From the NCBI GenBank assembly GCA_035429885.1, contig DAOMFR010000003.1, forward strand, positions 28,010 to 92,009: DNA of 64,000 nucleotides. The letters are read 5' to 3'. A program made the translations under genes and the position numbers. Shown here one piece after another: positions 54,969 through 64,000 of this stretch (within the stretch, counting starts at the first letter, position 1; each line of letters opens with the position of its first letter). The notes under the pieces are model-generated. The model did not search any database. It was not told where the DNA came from and saw nothing but the letters and a program-made list of their open reading frames with translations. The DNA is from Blastocatellia bacterium. GTDB taxonomy: Bacteria > Acidobacteriota > Blastocatellia > RBC074.

Positions 54969-57900
54969 TTGCTTCGCTTCACTCGTATTGCTCAGCTTTT
55001 CATCCTGTTTGGTTTGGGACTTTCCATTTGCGCTTCCACGGGTAAAGGTCAACAGTCGCTATCGCTTGAACTAGACAAAGCCGTTGAAGCAGAACTCCGC
55101 GGAGGCGAAACTCAATCGTTCCGGCTTTCACTCAAGACACTAGATTTTGCTCGCGTTACGGTGACAGCCAAAAACGTTAGCTTCTCGATTAAGCTTTTCG
55201 CGCCCGACGGTAAACCGGCTGTCGAATACCAATGGAATCAGGATTCGCCTGATCCTGCGAATTTGTCTTTGATCGCTGGCTTCGGCGGTGACTACCGCCT
55301 TGAACTGGTGTCGCAGGAAAAAGACTCCAAAAAGGTTTCGATCAAGTTGGCGGAGCTTCGCGAAATTGCAAAATTCGACCCCGAACGCATCGAAGCCGAG
55401 CGCCAATTTGCCAAAGGCGAACAGCTTCGCGCGCGACAGGCTGCGGAAGACAAGAAAGCCGCGCTGGTTGCATATAACGAAGCGCTAAAGCTGTGGCGTA
55501 CCACCGAAGACAAAGAAAAACAGGCAATGACGCTGAATGCGCTGGGCGATGTGTCGCGCGGGTTGCGCGATTTCCAGCAAGCCTTGGATTCCTTTACGCA
55601 AGCGTTGGCGTTGCGCCGCGAATCAAAGGATCGCAAAGGCGAAGCCAGCGCCTTGACCAATCTGGGCCAGACGCATCAAGCGATGAATCAGCCCAAACCG
55701 GCGCTGGAATTTTATCGGCAGGCGTTGCCCGTAATGCAGGAGGTCGGCAATCAACGCGGCGAAGCGATTGTTCTGACTTCCATCGGCGCGACTCAGCTTG
55801 CCGCGGGCGACCGCCAACAGGCGATTGATTCTTTTGCGCAAGCTCGCGCCGTTTGGCAAAAGCTTGGCGACCAGAGCCGCGAAGCCGAAATGCACGTCCG
55901 AGCTGGTCGAACCTACGAAGCGATGAACGATAAGTCGAAGGCGTTGGAAGCCTATGCCGAGGCGTTGACGGTTTATCGCGCGGCAAAAGATCAGATGGGT
56001 GAGGCGAACACGCTGCTGGATCTGGGCGCGGTCAATCGAGACAAAGGGAGCAACAAAGATGCGCTGGGATTCTTTCAACAAGCGCTGCCAATTTGGCGCG
56101 ACCTCAAACGAAAGCGCGAAGAAGCCAGCACGCTGAACTTTCTAGGGTTGGTTCACAACACGCTCGGCGATAAACAACTGGCGCTGGAACATTACAACCA
56201 GGCTTTGGCGCTCGCCCGTGAAGTGAACAATCGCGGGCTGGAAGCCACCGTTTTGAACAATATGGCCGCGATTTACTTTGCGCTCGGCGAAAAGCGCAAA
56301 GCGGCGGAGTCTTTCGATCAGGTGTTGCCTTTGCGACGCGCCGCCAACGACAAACTGGGCGAAGCCAGCACGCTGACCAACATCGGCAGCGTGTATTCCG
56401 ACCTGGGCGAAAACCTGCGCGCGTTGGACTATTACAACCAGGCGTTGCCGCTGTGGCGCGAAGCCAAACGGGCGGATGGCGAAGTCAGCGCCATTCAAAA
56501 CATCGGCGAAGCCTATGACCTGCTTGGCGAAAAGCAGAAAGCGCTGGATTATTACGCTCAAGCGCTGACACTGGCGCGCTCCATCGGCGCCAAACAGGTG
56601 GAAGGCATCATCTCGACCAACTTGGCGACGCTGTATTCGTCGCTCGGCGAAAAAGAAAAAGCCCGCGAGATCTATTTGCAGGCGCTGGACATTCACCGCG
56701 CCACAGGCAATCGCACAACCGAAGCCGACACCTTGCACCTGCTCGGCTTTTTGCATTACGAACTGGAAGATACGCAGAAAGCGTTGGATTACCTGACCCA
56801 GGCACTGCCCGTCTGGCGTCAGTTGAAAGACAAGCGCGGCGAAGCCATCACGTTGACGGCCACAGGCATGGTGTATCGCTCGCTGGATCAGCGGGATAAG
56901 TCGCTGGAATTTTCGAACCAGGGGTTGCCGCTTCATCGGGAAGTCGGCAACCGCGCGGGCGAAGCGGAAACGTTGATCAACATTGGATTGATCGAAAGCG
57001 CGTCGGGCGAAAAGCAAGTGGCGTTTGAGAATTTCAATCGCGCTGTCGAATTGAGTCGAGCCATCAGCGACCCTGCGCTGGAAGCCAAAGCCAAATACGA
57101 AATAGCCCGCGTCAAGCTGGACACCGGTGAGCTGGATCAGTCGCGCAGTCAGATCGAAGACACTTTGAATATTGTTGAATCGCTGCGCACGAAAGTCGCC
57201 AGTCAGGAATTGCGCGCTTCGTATTTTGCGACGGTGCAAAAGTATTACGACTTTTACATCGAACTGCTGATGCGAATGAATGGCCGCCAGGCTGGCAAAG
57301 GCTTCAGCGGTGAAGCATTGCAAGTCAGCGAGCGTGCCCGCGCTCGCAGCTTGCTGGAAATTCTTTCCGAAGCGAACGCCAGCATTCGCGAAGGCGTTGA
57401 CGCCACGCTGCTGGAACGCGAGCAACGTCTGCACCATCAACTCAACGGCAAGGCAGATGCGTTGGCCAGACTTTATGCAAGCCGTCCGACACCTGAACAA
57501 GTCGTAGCGGCGAAAAAAGAAGTTGATGACTTAACCGCTCAGTACAACGATGTTCGCGCCGAAATTCGCCGTGCCAGTCCGCGGTATGCCGCGTTGACGC
57601 AACCGTCTCCGCTCAGCCTGAAAGAAATTCAGCAACAGGTTTTGGATAACGACACCTTGCTATTGGAATACTGGCTGGGCGAAACGCGCAGCTATTTGTG
57701 GGCCGTCACGCCGACCAAGATCACCAGCTACGTGCTGCCTGCGCGCGCCAAAATCGAATCCGCTGCGCGCGACAGTTACGAATGGTTGAGCAAGCCGTCT
57801 CAGACAACCGCAAAGCGCAGGCTGAAACACGATGGCGTCGAAATGTCGGAAAGCGAACGAAAAGCCCGAGGCCTTCAGGCCCTCAATTATCTGAGCAACA

Positions 57901-58931
57901 CGTTGATTAAACCTGTCGCTTCGCAACTGGGCAAAAAGCGTTTGGTGGTGGTGGCATCGGGAGCATTGCAGTACGTTCCGTTTGCTGCGCTAACCGTTGC
58001 CAGTGGCCGTAAGAAGAGCCCGCCCAATCGGCCACCGATCTTCGATCACCGATCACTGATCGAAGATCACGAAGTCATTAACCTGCCGTCGGCTTCGACA
58101 ATGGCCGTGCTCCGGCGAGATACCGCAGAACGGCAAATCGCGCCGAAAATGTTGGCAGTGCTGGCTGATCCAGTTTTTGAAAGGGACGATGAGCGAGTCC
58201 GAACGATGGCCAGGCCGACAATCAGCAATCAGGGCAATGCAACAGCCCCCCAATCAAAAGAAGCTGAAAAACCACAATCGCAATCCGTTGCCGAAGAGCG
58301 TTCGCTGAAACACATCAAGGAAAAATCCGCCGAAGAAACGGGTGAAATGAAGATTTCGCGGCTGCCGTTCACGCGGCAGGAAGCGGAGCAGATTTTGGCG
58401 TTGGTTCCTGAAGCCGAGCGCAAACAGGCATTGGATTTCGACGCCAGTCGCGCGACGGCGACGGCAAAAGATTTAAGCCAGTATCGGTACGTTCACTTTG
58501 CCACGCACGGCTATTTGGACAGCGAACGACCGGAATTTTCTGCGCTGGTCTTGTCACTGGTAAACAAAGACGGGGGACAACAAAGCGGATTTTTGTATGC
58601 GTATGACGTTTACAACCTGCAACTGAATTCTGATTTGGTTGTGCTCAGTGCCTGCGAAACCGGGCTTGGCAAGGAAATCAAAGGTGAAGGCCTGGTCGGA
58701 TTGACGCGCGGGTTTATGTACGCCGGAGCGCCGCGCGTTGTTGTTAGTTTGTGGTCAGTCAATGATCGCGCGACAGCGGATTTGATGGCTCGGTTTTATC
58801 GCAAGATGTTGAAAGAAAATTTGCGACCGGCTGCCGCGCTGCGAGCCGCACAAATCGAAATGCTGAAAGGAAGTCGCTGGCGCGAGCCATATTATTGGGC
58901 GGCGTTCGCGCTTCAGGGCGAGTGGCGCTGA
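54969..58931 (+). CDS. secreted TPR-repeat + CHAT (caspase-like protease) domain protein
   Basis: GGAGG lies 6 nt upstream of the TTG start. A signal peptide is present ([23 protein letters not shown]). An N-terminal beta-sandwich-like module is followed by about 20 TPR units (repeated GEA..L.N.G..Y..LG....AL..Y.QAL). The C-terminal CHAT has YVHFATHG (His codon 58506-58508) and LSACETG (Cys codon 58653-58655). Confidence 0.9.
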   Translation: MLRFTRIAQLFILFGLGLSICASTGKGQQSLSLELDKAVEAELRGGETQSFRLSLKTLDFARVTVTAKNVSFSIKLFAPDGKPAVEYQWNQDSPDPANLSLIAGFGGDYRLELVSQEKDSKKVSIKLAELREIAKFDPERIEAERQFAKGEQLRARQAAEDKKAALVAYNEALKLWRTTEDKEKQAMTLNALGDVSRGLRDFQQALDSFTQALALRRESKDRKGEASALTNLGQTHQAMNQPKPALEFYRQALPVMQEVGNQRGEAIVLTSIGATQLAAGDRQQAIDSFAQARAVWQKLGDQSREAEMHVRAGRTYEAMNDKSKALEAYAEALTVYRAAKDQMGEANTLLDLGAVNRDKGSNKDALGFFQQALPIWRDLKRKREEASTLNFLGLVHNTLGDKQLALEHYNQALALAREVNNRGLEATVLNNMAAIYFALGEKRKAAESFDQVLPLRRAANDKLGEASTLTNIGSVYSDLGENLRALDYYNQALPLWREAKRADGEVSAIQNIGEAYDLLGEKQKALDYYAQALTLARSIGAKQVEGIISTNLATLYSSLGEKEKAREIYLQALDIHRATGNRTTEADTLHLLGFLHYELEDTQKALDYLTQALPVWRQLKDKRGEAITLTATGMVYRSLDQRDKSLEFSNQGLPLHREVGNRAGEAETLINIGLIESASGEKQVAFENFNRAVELSRAISDPALEAKAKYEIARVKLDTGELDQSRSQIEDTLNIVESLRTKVASQELRASYFATVQKYYDFYIELLMRMNGRQAGKGFSGEALQVSERARARSLLEILSEANASIREGVDATLLEREQRLHHQLNGKADALARLYASRPTPEQVVAAKKEVDDLTAQYNDVRAEIRRASPRYAALTQPSPLSLKEIQQQVLDNDTLLLEYWLGETRSYLWAVTPTKITSYVLPARAKIESAARDSYEWLSKPSQTTAKRRLKHDGVEMSESERKARGLQALNYLSNTLIKPVASQLGKKRLVVVASGALQYVPFAALTVASGRKKSPPNRPPIFDHRSLIEDHEVINLPSASTMAVLRRDTAERQIAPKMLAVLADPVFERDDERVRTMARPTISNQGNATAPQSKEAEKPQSQSVAEERSLKHIKEKSAEETGEMKISRLPFTRQEAEQILALVPEAERKQALDFDASRATATAKDLSQYRYVHFATHGYLDSERPEFSALVLSLVNKDGGQQSGFLYAYDVYNLQLNSDLVVLSACETGLGKEIKGEGLVGLTRGFMYAGAPRVVVSLWSVNDRATADLMARFYRKMLKENLRPAAALRAAQIEMLKGSRWREPYYWAAFALQGEWR

Positions 58932-58956
58932 TTACTTTGTTTGTCACTGCATGCGA

Positions 58957-61857
58957 TTATTTTTTCAATGCCGCTGTCCAGTTTTGCAGAATGGTCAAAG
59001 GCCGGGTTGTGGCATCTTCCAATTGGCGGATGACGAGAAAGTTTTGGCCGTCCGCGCTTACGTCGTAAACATACCGGTTAAGGCGTCGGCCAAGACTGCC
59101 GATTTCAAACAGCGCCACCGGGATGCCTGCACTGAAGTGAGTGCCCGTTTGAACCGGCACAGCCATAAGCTTGTCGTCGGTCGCCACATAGAACAATTCC
59201 TTTCCATCACGCCGCCAACGCGGGAGCATGCCGTCGCCTTTCGAGACCGGGATTTTTCGCCCCGGTTCCGGGAATGATTGCACGTAAATTTCGTAACGCC
59301 CCGAATCGTTTGACTGATACGCCATCCAGTGTCCGTCCGGCGAAACGACTCCATAGCTTTCATTGAACGGCGTTGCGGCGTATTTGATTGTCTGCCGGTC
59401 GCCGAAAAGCGGCAACAATTCAATATCCAACCCGGTTTTATCTTTAGCTTGGCGATAGACGATGAACCTGTCATCGCTGGACCAATCACTGGTCAGCAAT
59501 AGTTTTTGGTCTCCCTTGAGCAATAGCTCTTCTTTCCCGTTACCACTGACACGGTAAATTCCCCAGAACCCTTCACGATTCGAAGCAAATGCAACCTGGC
59601 TGCCATCCGGCGACCAGATTGGATACGTGTCAGTTCCCGAATTGAACGTCAGACGCGTGCGTGTGTTTCGCACCAAATCGAACTGCCAAACGTCAGAAGT
59701 CTCAAGCTCCAGATCATTGTTATCCAGCAAAACTTGTTCACCGTTCGCCGAAAGTTCCATCGAACGATAATCTCCCACAGGATCAACCGCAGACAGTTGT
59801 TTTCCCTGACGATCCAGCCAAACGAGTTGACGTGCCTGGTTTCCTCCGTGCCGGTAAATCAGCATGCGCGCGCCAAACACCGACAAGTCGGCATAGCGTA
59901 TGGGCGCTTCGTAATACACTGATTCTGTGATTGACTTGGCTTCTCCACTCAGCGCGAGTTTGCCAGGGTCGAATGGCTGCGCCCAAATCTTCCGCTTGTG
60001 CATAAATAACAGGTAACCAGCGGAAGAGTATTCCGCTTTTGTATCGGCGCGCACCAGAAAGCGCGTTTGCGGATTGTCGAGCGAGCCAAGCTTGATGCCG
60101 CGATAATCGGGTTGGCCGGCTTGGGTAAAAAAGATGAAGTGGCGTCCGTCCGGCAGGAAATAAGGAAAGTTATGACCCGTTTCAAAATGCGCGGCGTCCA
60201 GGTTCGTGACAGGTGTTGGGTTACCGCCTGATTCGGAGACTTGTAAGAGTCCTGCTCCATTGAATTGCGGCGCAAAGAGGATGACGCCCGTACTGTTCCA
60301 GGCACCGCCAGCTCCAAGCGGAACGTCGCATAGAGTCGTTGGCGTGCCGCCGGAAATCTCAATTCGTTTTAGTTTGTTCTGTGCGAAAAAGCCTACGCTT
60401 CGTCCATTGGGTGACCAGAAAGGAGCTTGCGCTTCTTCCGTTCCCGGCAGTAATTCCGGCGCTGCCCGATCAAAGGAATAAAGCCACAACCGGTTTACAC
60501 CGCCAGTGACTGCCATCATCACCACGCGCTGTCCATCCGGCGAAATCGTCGCACCGCTAATATCCAGGGAAGTCGTTTTTTCAGGCAACGGCAGATAAGA
60601 ATATGTGCTGCCGCTCTCCACAACAGGCGTTTTGTAGAACCAAGCCGTAGCCAATGCCAATATTGCCAGAGCCGCTACCACCCAAGCCGCCCAAGCGCTT
60701 CTAAGCAAGGAAGACTTGCTCGCGGTTACTGTTGACGCGTTGTTTAACCTCGGTACTGGCTCTGATCGCATCTCTAAAGGCGAGGACAACGCATCAAGAG
60801 CAAAAGCCAAATCACGTGCTGATTGAAACCGGAGTTCGGGCTTTTTCTCCAAACAGTGCCGCACAATCTTTTCAAGCTGCGGACTAATGAGTTTGTTCGT
60901 TTCGCTCAGCTCCGCCAACTTCGGCGGCTCTTCTTTTAGGATTGCCGCCATTGTCTCGGCCTTTGAGTTGTGGTGAAAGGCACGTTGGCCAGTCAGCATT
61001 TCATAAAGAATCGAGCCGAAAGAAAATAGGTCGGAACGTTGGTCTACTTCCTCGCTACGCACTTGTTCCGGCGACATATAGTCAACTGTGCCCATAATCA
61101 CGCCGGCATCGGTCAGTCTTTCCTGCCGATCATCAGGATTGGGGTCTTGAACAGCACCAGCAAACTTCAGTGGTTTCAATTTCGCCAGACCGAAATCAAG
61201 AATTTTGACGTGCCCTTCGCTGGTGACAAACAGGTTTTCCGGTTTCAGGTCGCGGTGAATAATGCCTGTTTCATGCGCCACGGCGAGTCCAGCGGCGATC
61301 TGCCGTGCGTAATTCAGAGCAGTGCGAACAGGCAGTGCACCGGATTTTAATGCCGCGCGCAACTCCACACCTTTCAACAATTCGGCAACGATATACGGAA
61401 TTCCTTCGTGATTGCCGATGTCGTGAACCGTGAGAATGTTGGGATGATTGAGCGCCGAAGTCGTGCGCGCTTCTTGCGCGAAGCGTCGCAGCCGCTCGAC
61501 ATCGTGGGCGAATTCCGGGGGCAGCAGTTTGACTGCAACCTGTCGCTGAAGTTCGGTGTCTTCCGCCAACCAGACTTCTCCCATTCCGCCTTTGCCCAGC
61601 GGCGACAGCACCCGGTAACGACCGAAGTTACGCGCGGGGAGCGGTGCCGAGGCTTGCCATCCAGCGGCGACATCGTCTGGCGGTTGTTCGATAAAGTTGG
61701 CGGCCTGTTCGTGCGCGGCAATGAGTGAAGCGACTTCGCGTCGCATTGCTTCGTCTTTGCCGCAAGCCTCAATCAGGTATGCAGCGCGGTCAGCCGGGGA
61801 ACGTTCCAGCGCGGCGTGGTAAAGGTTGCCAATTTGTTCGTAGCGTTCGGGTGTCAT
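58957..61857 (-). CDS. Ser/Thr protein kinase with TM helix and C-terminal TolB-like (PD40/WD40-like) beta-propeller
   Basis: Kinase motifs are present: GKGGMGEVWLA, VAVKLL, HRDLKPENLFV, DFGLAK and SPEQ. A TM helix is present (AAWVVAALAILALATAWF). PD40-like repeats are present (FWSPNGRSVGFF, PIWSPDGSQVAFAS, VVSPDGHWMAYQS). I prefer the ATG at 61857. A GTG at 61905 would overlap the sigma gene. Confidence 0.88.
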   Translation of the reverse strand: MTPERYEQIGNLYHAALERSPADRAAYLIEACGKDEAMRREVASLIAAHEQAANFIEQPPDDVAAGWQASAPLPARNFGRYRVLSPLGKGGMGEVWLAEDTELQRQVAVKLLPPEFAHDVERLRRFAQEARTTSALNHPNILTVHDIGNHEGIPYIVAELLKGVELRAALKSGALPVRTALNYARQIAAGLAVAHETGIIHRDLKPENLFVTSEGHVKILDFGLAKLKPLKFAGAVQDPNPDDRQERLTDAGVIMGTVDYMSPEQVRSEEVDQRSDLFSFGSILYEMLTGQRAFHHNSKAETMAAILKEEPPKLAELSETNKLISPQLEKIVRHCLEKKPELRFQSARDLAFALDALSSPLEMRSEPVPRLNNASTVTASKSSLLRSAWAAWVVAALAILALATAWFYKTPVVESGSTYSYLPLPEKTTSLDISGATISPDGQRVVMMAVTGGVNRLWLYSFDRAAPELLPGTEEAQAPFWSPNGRSVGFFAQNKLKRIEISGGTPTTLCDVPLGAGGAWNSTGVILFAPQFNGAGLLQVSESGGNPTPVTNLDAAHFETGHNFPYFLPDGRHFIFFTQAGQPDYRGIKLGSLDNPQTRFLVRADTKAEYSSAGYLLFMHKRKIWAQPFDPGKLALSGEAKSITESVYYEAPIRYADLSVFGARMLIYRHGGNQARQLVWLDRQGKQLSAVDPVGDYRSMELSANGEQVLLDNNDLELETSDVWQFDLVRNTRTRLTFNSGTDTYPIWSPDGSQVAFASNREGFWGIYRVSGNGKEELLLKGDQKLLLTSDWSSDDRFIVYRQAKDKTGLDIELLPLFGDRQTIKYAATPFNESYGVVSPDGHWMAYQSNDSGRYEIYVQSFPEPGRKIPVSKGDGMLPRWRRDGKELFYVATDDKLMAVPVQTGTHFSAGIPVALFEIGSLGRRLNRYVYDVSADGQNFLVIRQLEDATTRPLTILQNWTAALKK

Positions 61858-61871
61858 GTCAGACGTTGCGA

Positions 61872-62441
61872 TTACTTGTCGCGATTGAGGGCGCAATACA
61901 GCCACGCCTGAGCCTGGTTCCAGTCACGCGTGACAGTGTCTGGCGAAACGTTCAACGCCTCTGCCGTTTCCGTCACACTCAGGCCGCCGAAGTAGCGCAG
62001 TTCAACCACCTGGCTTTGTCTGGGCGAAAGCCTGGCGAGTTCTTCAAGTGCATCATCCAAAGCCACCAACTCTCGCGCTCTCTCTTCAGAAACATACGCG
62101 GCTTCTTCCAGCGAAATTGCGCGCGCGCCGCCTCCACGTTTGGCGGCCTGCCGCGTGCGCGTGTAATCCACCAGGATATGACGCATCGCCTTTGCCGCAA
62201 CTCCGAAAAAGTGGGCGCGATTTTCCCAATGCTTTTCTTCCTGCCCCATCAGGCGCAGATAGGCTTCGTGGATCAGTGCCGTCGTTTGCAGCGTGTGGCC
62301 GGAAGGTTGCTGCCCCATGTAACGGCGCGCCATCTGGCGCAGTTCGCCATAAACCAACGGCATAAGTTGGTCTAGCACTTCGTTGTCGCCATTGCTCCAA
62401 CGCCGCAACAGTAGACTGACCGATTGCGCTGAAGTTTCCAT
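61872..62441 (-). CDS. ECF sigma-70 factor, TIGR02999-like (second copy)
   Basis: LMPLVYGELRQMARRYM...GHTLQTTALIHEAYLRL and VVELRYFGGLSVTETAEALNVSPDTVTRDWNQAQAWL are present. It is a paralog of the 7084-7698 gene and is again directly upstream of a kinase. Confidence 0.9.
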   Translation of the reverse strand: METSAQSVSLLLRRWSNGDNEVLDQLMPLVYGELRQMARRYMGQQPSGHTLQTTALIHEAYLRLMGQEEKHWENRAHFFGVAAKAMRHILVDYTRTRQAAKRGGGARAISLEEAAYVSEERARELVALDDALEELARLSPRQSQVVELRYFGGLSVTETAEALNVSPDTVTRDWNQAQAWLYCALNRDK

Positions 62442-62667
62442 AATTTTTTGACCAAGTGTGCGGTTTTTGGCCTCCGCTTTTCGTTTCTATTAAGGTGAGA
62501 GCAAAAGTTGCCAGACCGTCAAGGCACGGTCGCAGGCCGTCATACAAGTGGGGTTGCAGGCCGCTAGTGTAAACGGTCCTCAGACAAAGCCAAATAGAAA
62601 AGCCGTAAAACCACAAAATTCATGGAGCAGTTTGTATTTTTCCTACCAACTTCTCGGAGGGACATTC

Positions 62668-63507
62668 ATGAAATCGAACCAGTTACCCAAAACCGTGTTT
62701 GTTGCATTGGCGTTGCTGCTTACATTTTGCAGCCCGATGTTGATGAAACGAGCGTATTCGCAAAGCCAGACCGCTACTAACGCTCCGCCCAGGTTTGCAA
62801 TGATCGAATACTTCAAGATCGAACCGGGCAAAGGGGCGGATTATCGAAAGCTGGAGCAGGAGGTTTGGGTTCCCATCCATCGCGAGCGCGTCAAGATGGG
62901 AGCCATCAAATCCTGGTCATCGTGGAGCGTCCGTTTGCCGGGCGGCGTCGCTCGTGAATACGACCGCGTCATCATCACCACGTTCAACAAGTTTTCGGAT
63001 GTTGAAACACCTTATCCACCCGGCGTGTTCACCAAAGTCTTTCCGAACACCACCGCCGCCGAAATCGTGGCGCGCACCGGAGCGCTGAGCAAACTGATTC
63101 GCTCGGAAATGGTCACGCTGCTTGACAGCACCACTCCGACCGGCACGGCGCAGATGCCGAAATTCGCGGAGATAGGCTTTCACAAAGCGGAATATGGCAA
63201 AGGTGGTGAGTATGTCGAACTTGAACGCAAATACTGGAAGGCCGTGCATCAGGAGCGCGTCAATCGCGGGATTCTTAATGCCTGGAATCTGTATTCCGTT
63301 CGCTATCCCGGGGGGACCAATCGGGAGTACGGCCACATCACGCTCAACTTCTTCGACAAGTTCGAACAGTTGGAAACGCAATATCCCGCCGATGTCTTCG
63401 CCAAGGCGCTGCCGAACGTGAAAGTGGCAGACGTCGTGGCACAAACCAACGCCGCGAAAAAACAGGTGCGGATAGAAGTTCTGAACTTGGTGGATCAGGT
63501 GCAGTAA
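62668..63507 (+). CDS. secreted hypothetical protein with an internal two-fold domain duplication
   Basis: GGAGGG lies upstream of the ATG at 62668, and a signal peptide is present. Repeat 1 starts near 62788 (PRFAMIEYFKIEPGKGADYRKLEQEVWVPIHRERVKMGAIKSWSSWSVRLPGG..REYD). Repeat 2 starts near 63157 (PKFAEIGFHKAEYGKGGEYVELERKYWKAVHQERVNRGILNAWNLYSVRYPGG..REYG). Confidence 0.6.
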   Translation: MKSNQLPKTVFVALALLLTFCSPMLMKRAYSQSQTATNAPPRFAMIEYFKIEPGKGADYRKLEQEVWVPIHRERVKMGAIKSWSSWSVRLPGGVAREYDRVIITTFNKFSDVETPYPPGVFTKVFPNTTAAEIVARTGALSKLIRSEMVTLLDSTTPTGTAQMPKFAEIGFHKAEYGKGGEYVELERKYWKAVHQERVNRGILNAWNLYSVRYPGGTNREYGHITLNFFDKFEQLETQYPADVFAKALPNVKVADVVAQTNAAKKQVRIEVLNLVDQVQ

Positions 63508-63547
63508 GCATCAACCCAAAACGAATACCCAAACAGGAGTTCACATT

Positions 63548-64000
63548 ATGAAAAAGACTTTTGTCGTTGTTGCCCTGGCAGCCATCATTTGCATAGTTGC
63601 TGTATTTGCCCACAACACCACGTCCGCAGCGCCAAACTCAAAGGCCTTTGTCGGTGCCTGGGAACGCTTTTCCTCAAAGACCGCTACTGGTGAACCAGCG
63701 GAAGAACGATTGGTGCGATCCTTTCTGATCTTTAGCGCGGATGGACATTATTCCCAGACGGTTCTTCCTGCGGGGCGCGAGAAACTGGACAAGCCGCTGC
63801 CGGAAATTACCAAAGAAGAGTTGTTGAATAGATTTACAGGAGTTCTTGCGACTTATGGAAGCTACGCGATTGCCGAAAACAAGCTCACCAGAAAGATTAT
63901 GACTGCGACGAGTCCGAACGTAGAAGGAACAGAATTTTCCCAGGCGTTCCGCTTCGAAGGAGAAGTACTGATCCTCTCTTCCACGACCGTAGGAAGCAAA
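63548..64000 (+). CDS. secreted hypothetical protein (lipocalin-like), 3' end outside window
   Basis: This gene is not in the ORF track because it has no stop in the window. AGGAG lies upstream of the ATG at 63548. The frame stays open for 151 codons to the window end. A signal peptide is present (MKKTFVVVALAAIICIVAVFA). FVGAWERFS...ATYGSYAIAENKLTRKI resembles lipocalin-like domains. Confidence 0.55.
   Translation, partial: MKKTFVVVALAAIICIVAVFAHNTTSAAPNSKAFVGAWERFSSKTATGEPAEERLVRSFLIFSADGHYSQTVLPAGREKLDKPLPEITKEELLNRFTGVLATYGSYAIAENKLTRKIMTATSPNVEGTEFSQAFRFEGEVLILSSTTVGSK

Noticed and set aside
56142-57500. A 452 aa ORF antisense to the TPR region of the CHAT gene.
   Set aside because: The repetitive TPR coding sequence generates a long open antisense frame. 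The sense frame has clear TPR periodicity and continues into CHAT.
62501-62513. Sigma54-like TGGCAA-CTTTTGC on the minus strand, upstream of the second ECF sigma gene.
   Set aside because: The GG to GC spacing is 8 nt instead of the required 10.

Overview
This is a 64-kb chromosomal window with no sign of a mobile element: I saw no transposase, integrase, CRISPR array or rRNA. The gene content suggests an Acidobacteriota-like genome. This is an inference from two TIGR02999-type ECF sigma / Ser-Thr kinase pairs, a CarboxypepD_reg-type TonB-dependent receptor, a PSCyt/DUF1549/DUF1553 protein and an FG-GAP/ASPIC protein.

I can support about 46 protein genes, one tRNA-Arg(TCG), several Rho-independent terminators and three sigma54-type (-24/-12) promoter matches.

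- Housekeeping genes: lactate permease, RNase R, atpI-B-E, ilvA, hemE and thpR.
- Accessory genes: a secreted protein made of five tandem PA14 domains, an HME-RND metal efflux operon extended by MprF-like, DUF1003 and cytochrome c/CusF-fusion genes, a sigma54 two-component system, three Ser/Thr kinases and a secreted TPR-CHAT (caspase-like) protein.

Nothing here matches a named defence system. The candidates I consider most worth follow-up are:

1. An ECF sigma - kinase pair followed by two paralogous small proteins of unknown family (7084-11618).
2. A transmembrane kinase followed by a signal-peptide TPR-CHAT protease with an intact His/Cys dyad (53220-58931), next to a second ECF-kinase pair.
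3. Divergent sigma54 promoters beside an NtrC-type regulator (45520-45866).
4. A lipoprotein fusing a cytochrome c domain to a CusF-like domain at the end of the metal-efflux gene string.
5. A 9-nt phased ACGGA/TCCGT inverted array around the PA14 gene start.

All coordinates and motif matches were derived by hand from the sequence. No searches or computations were run. Family names are recognitions from motifs and need HMM confirmation.
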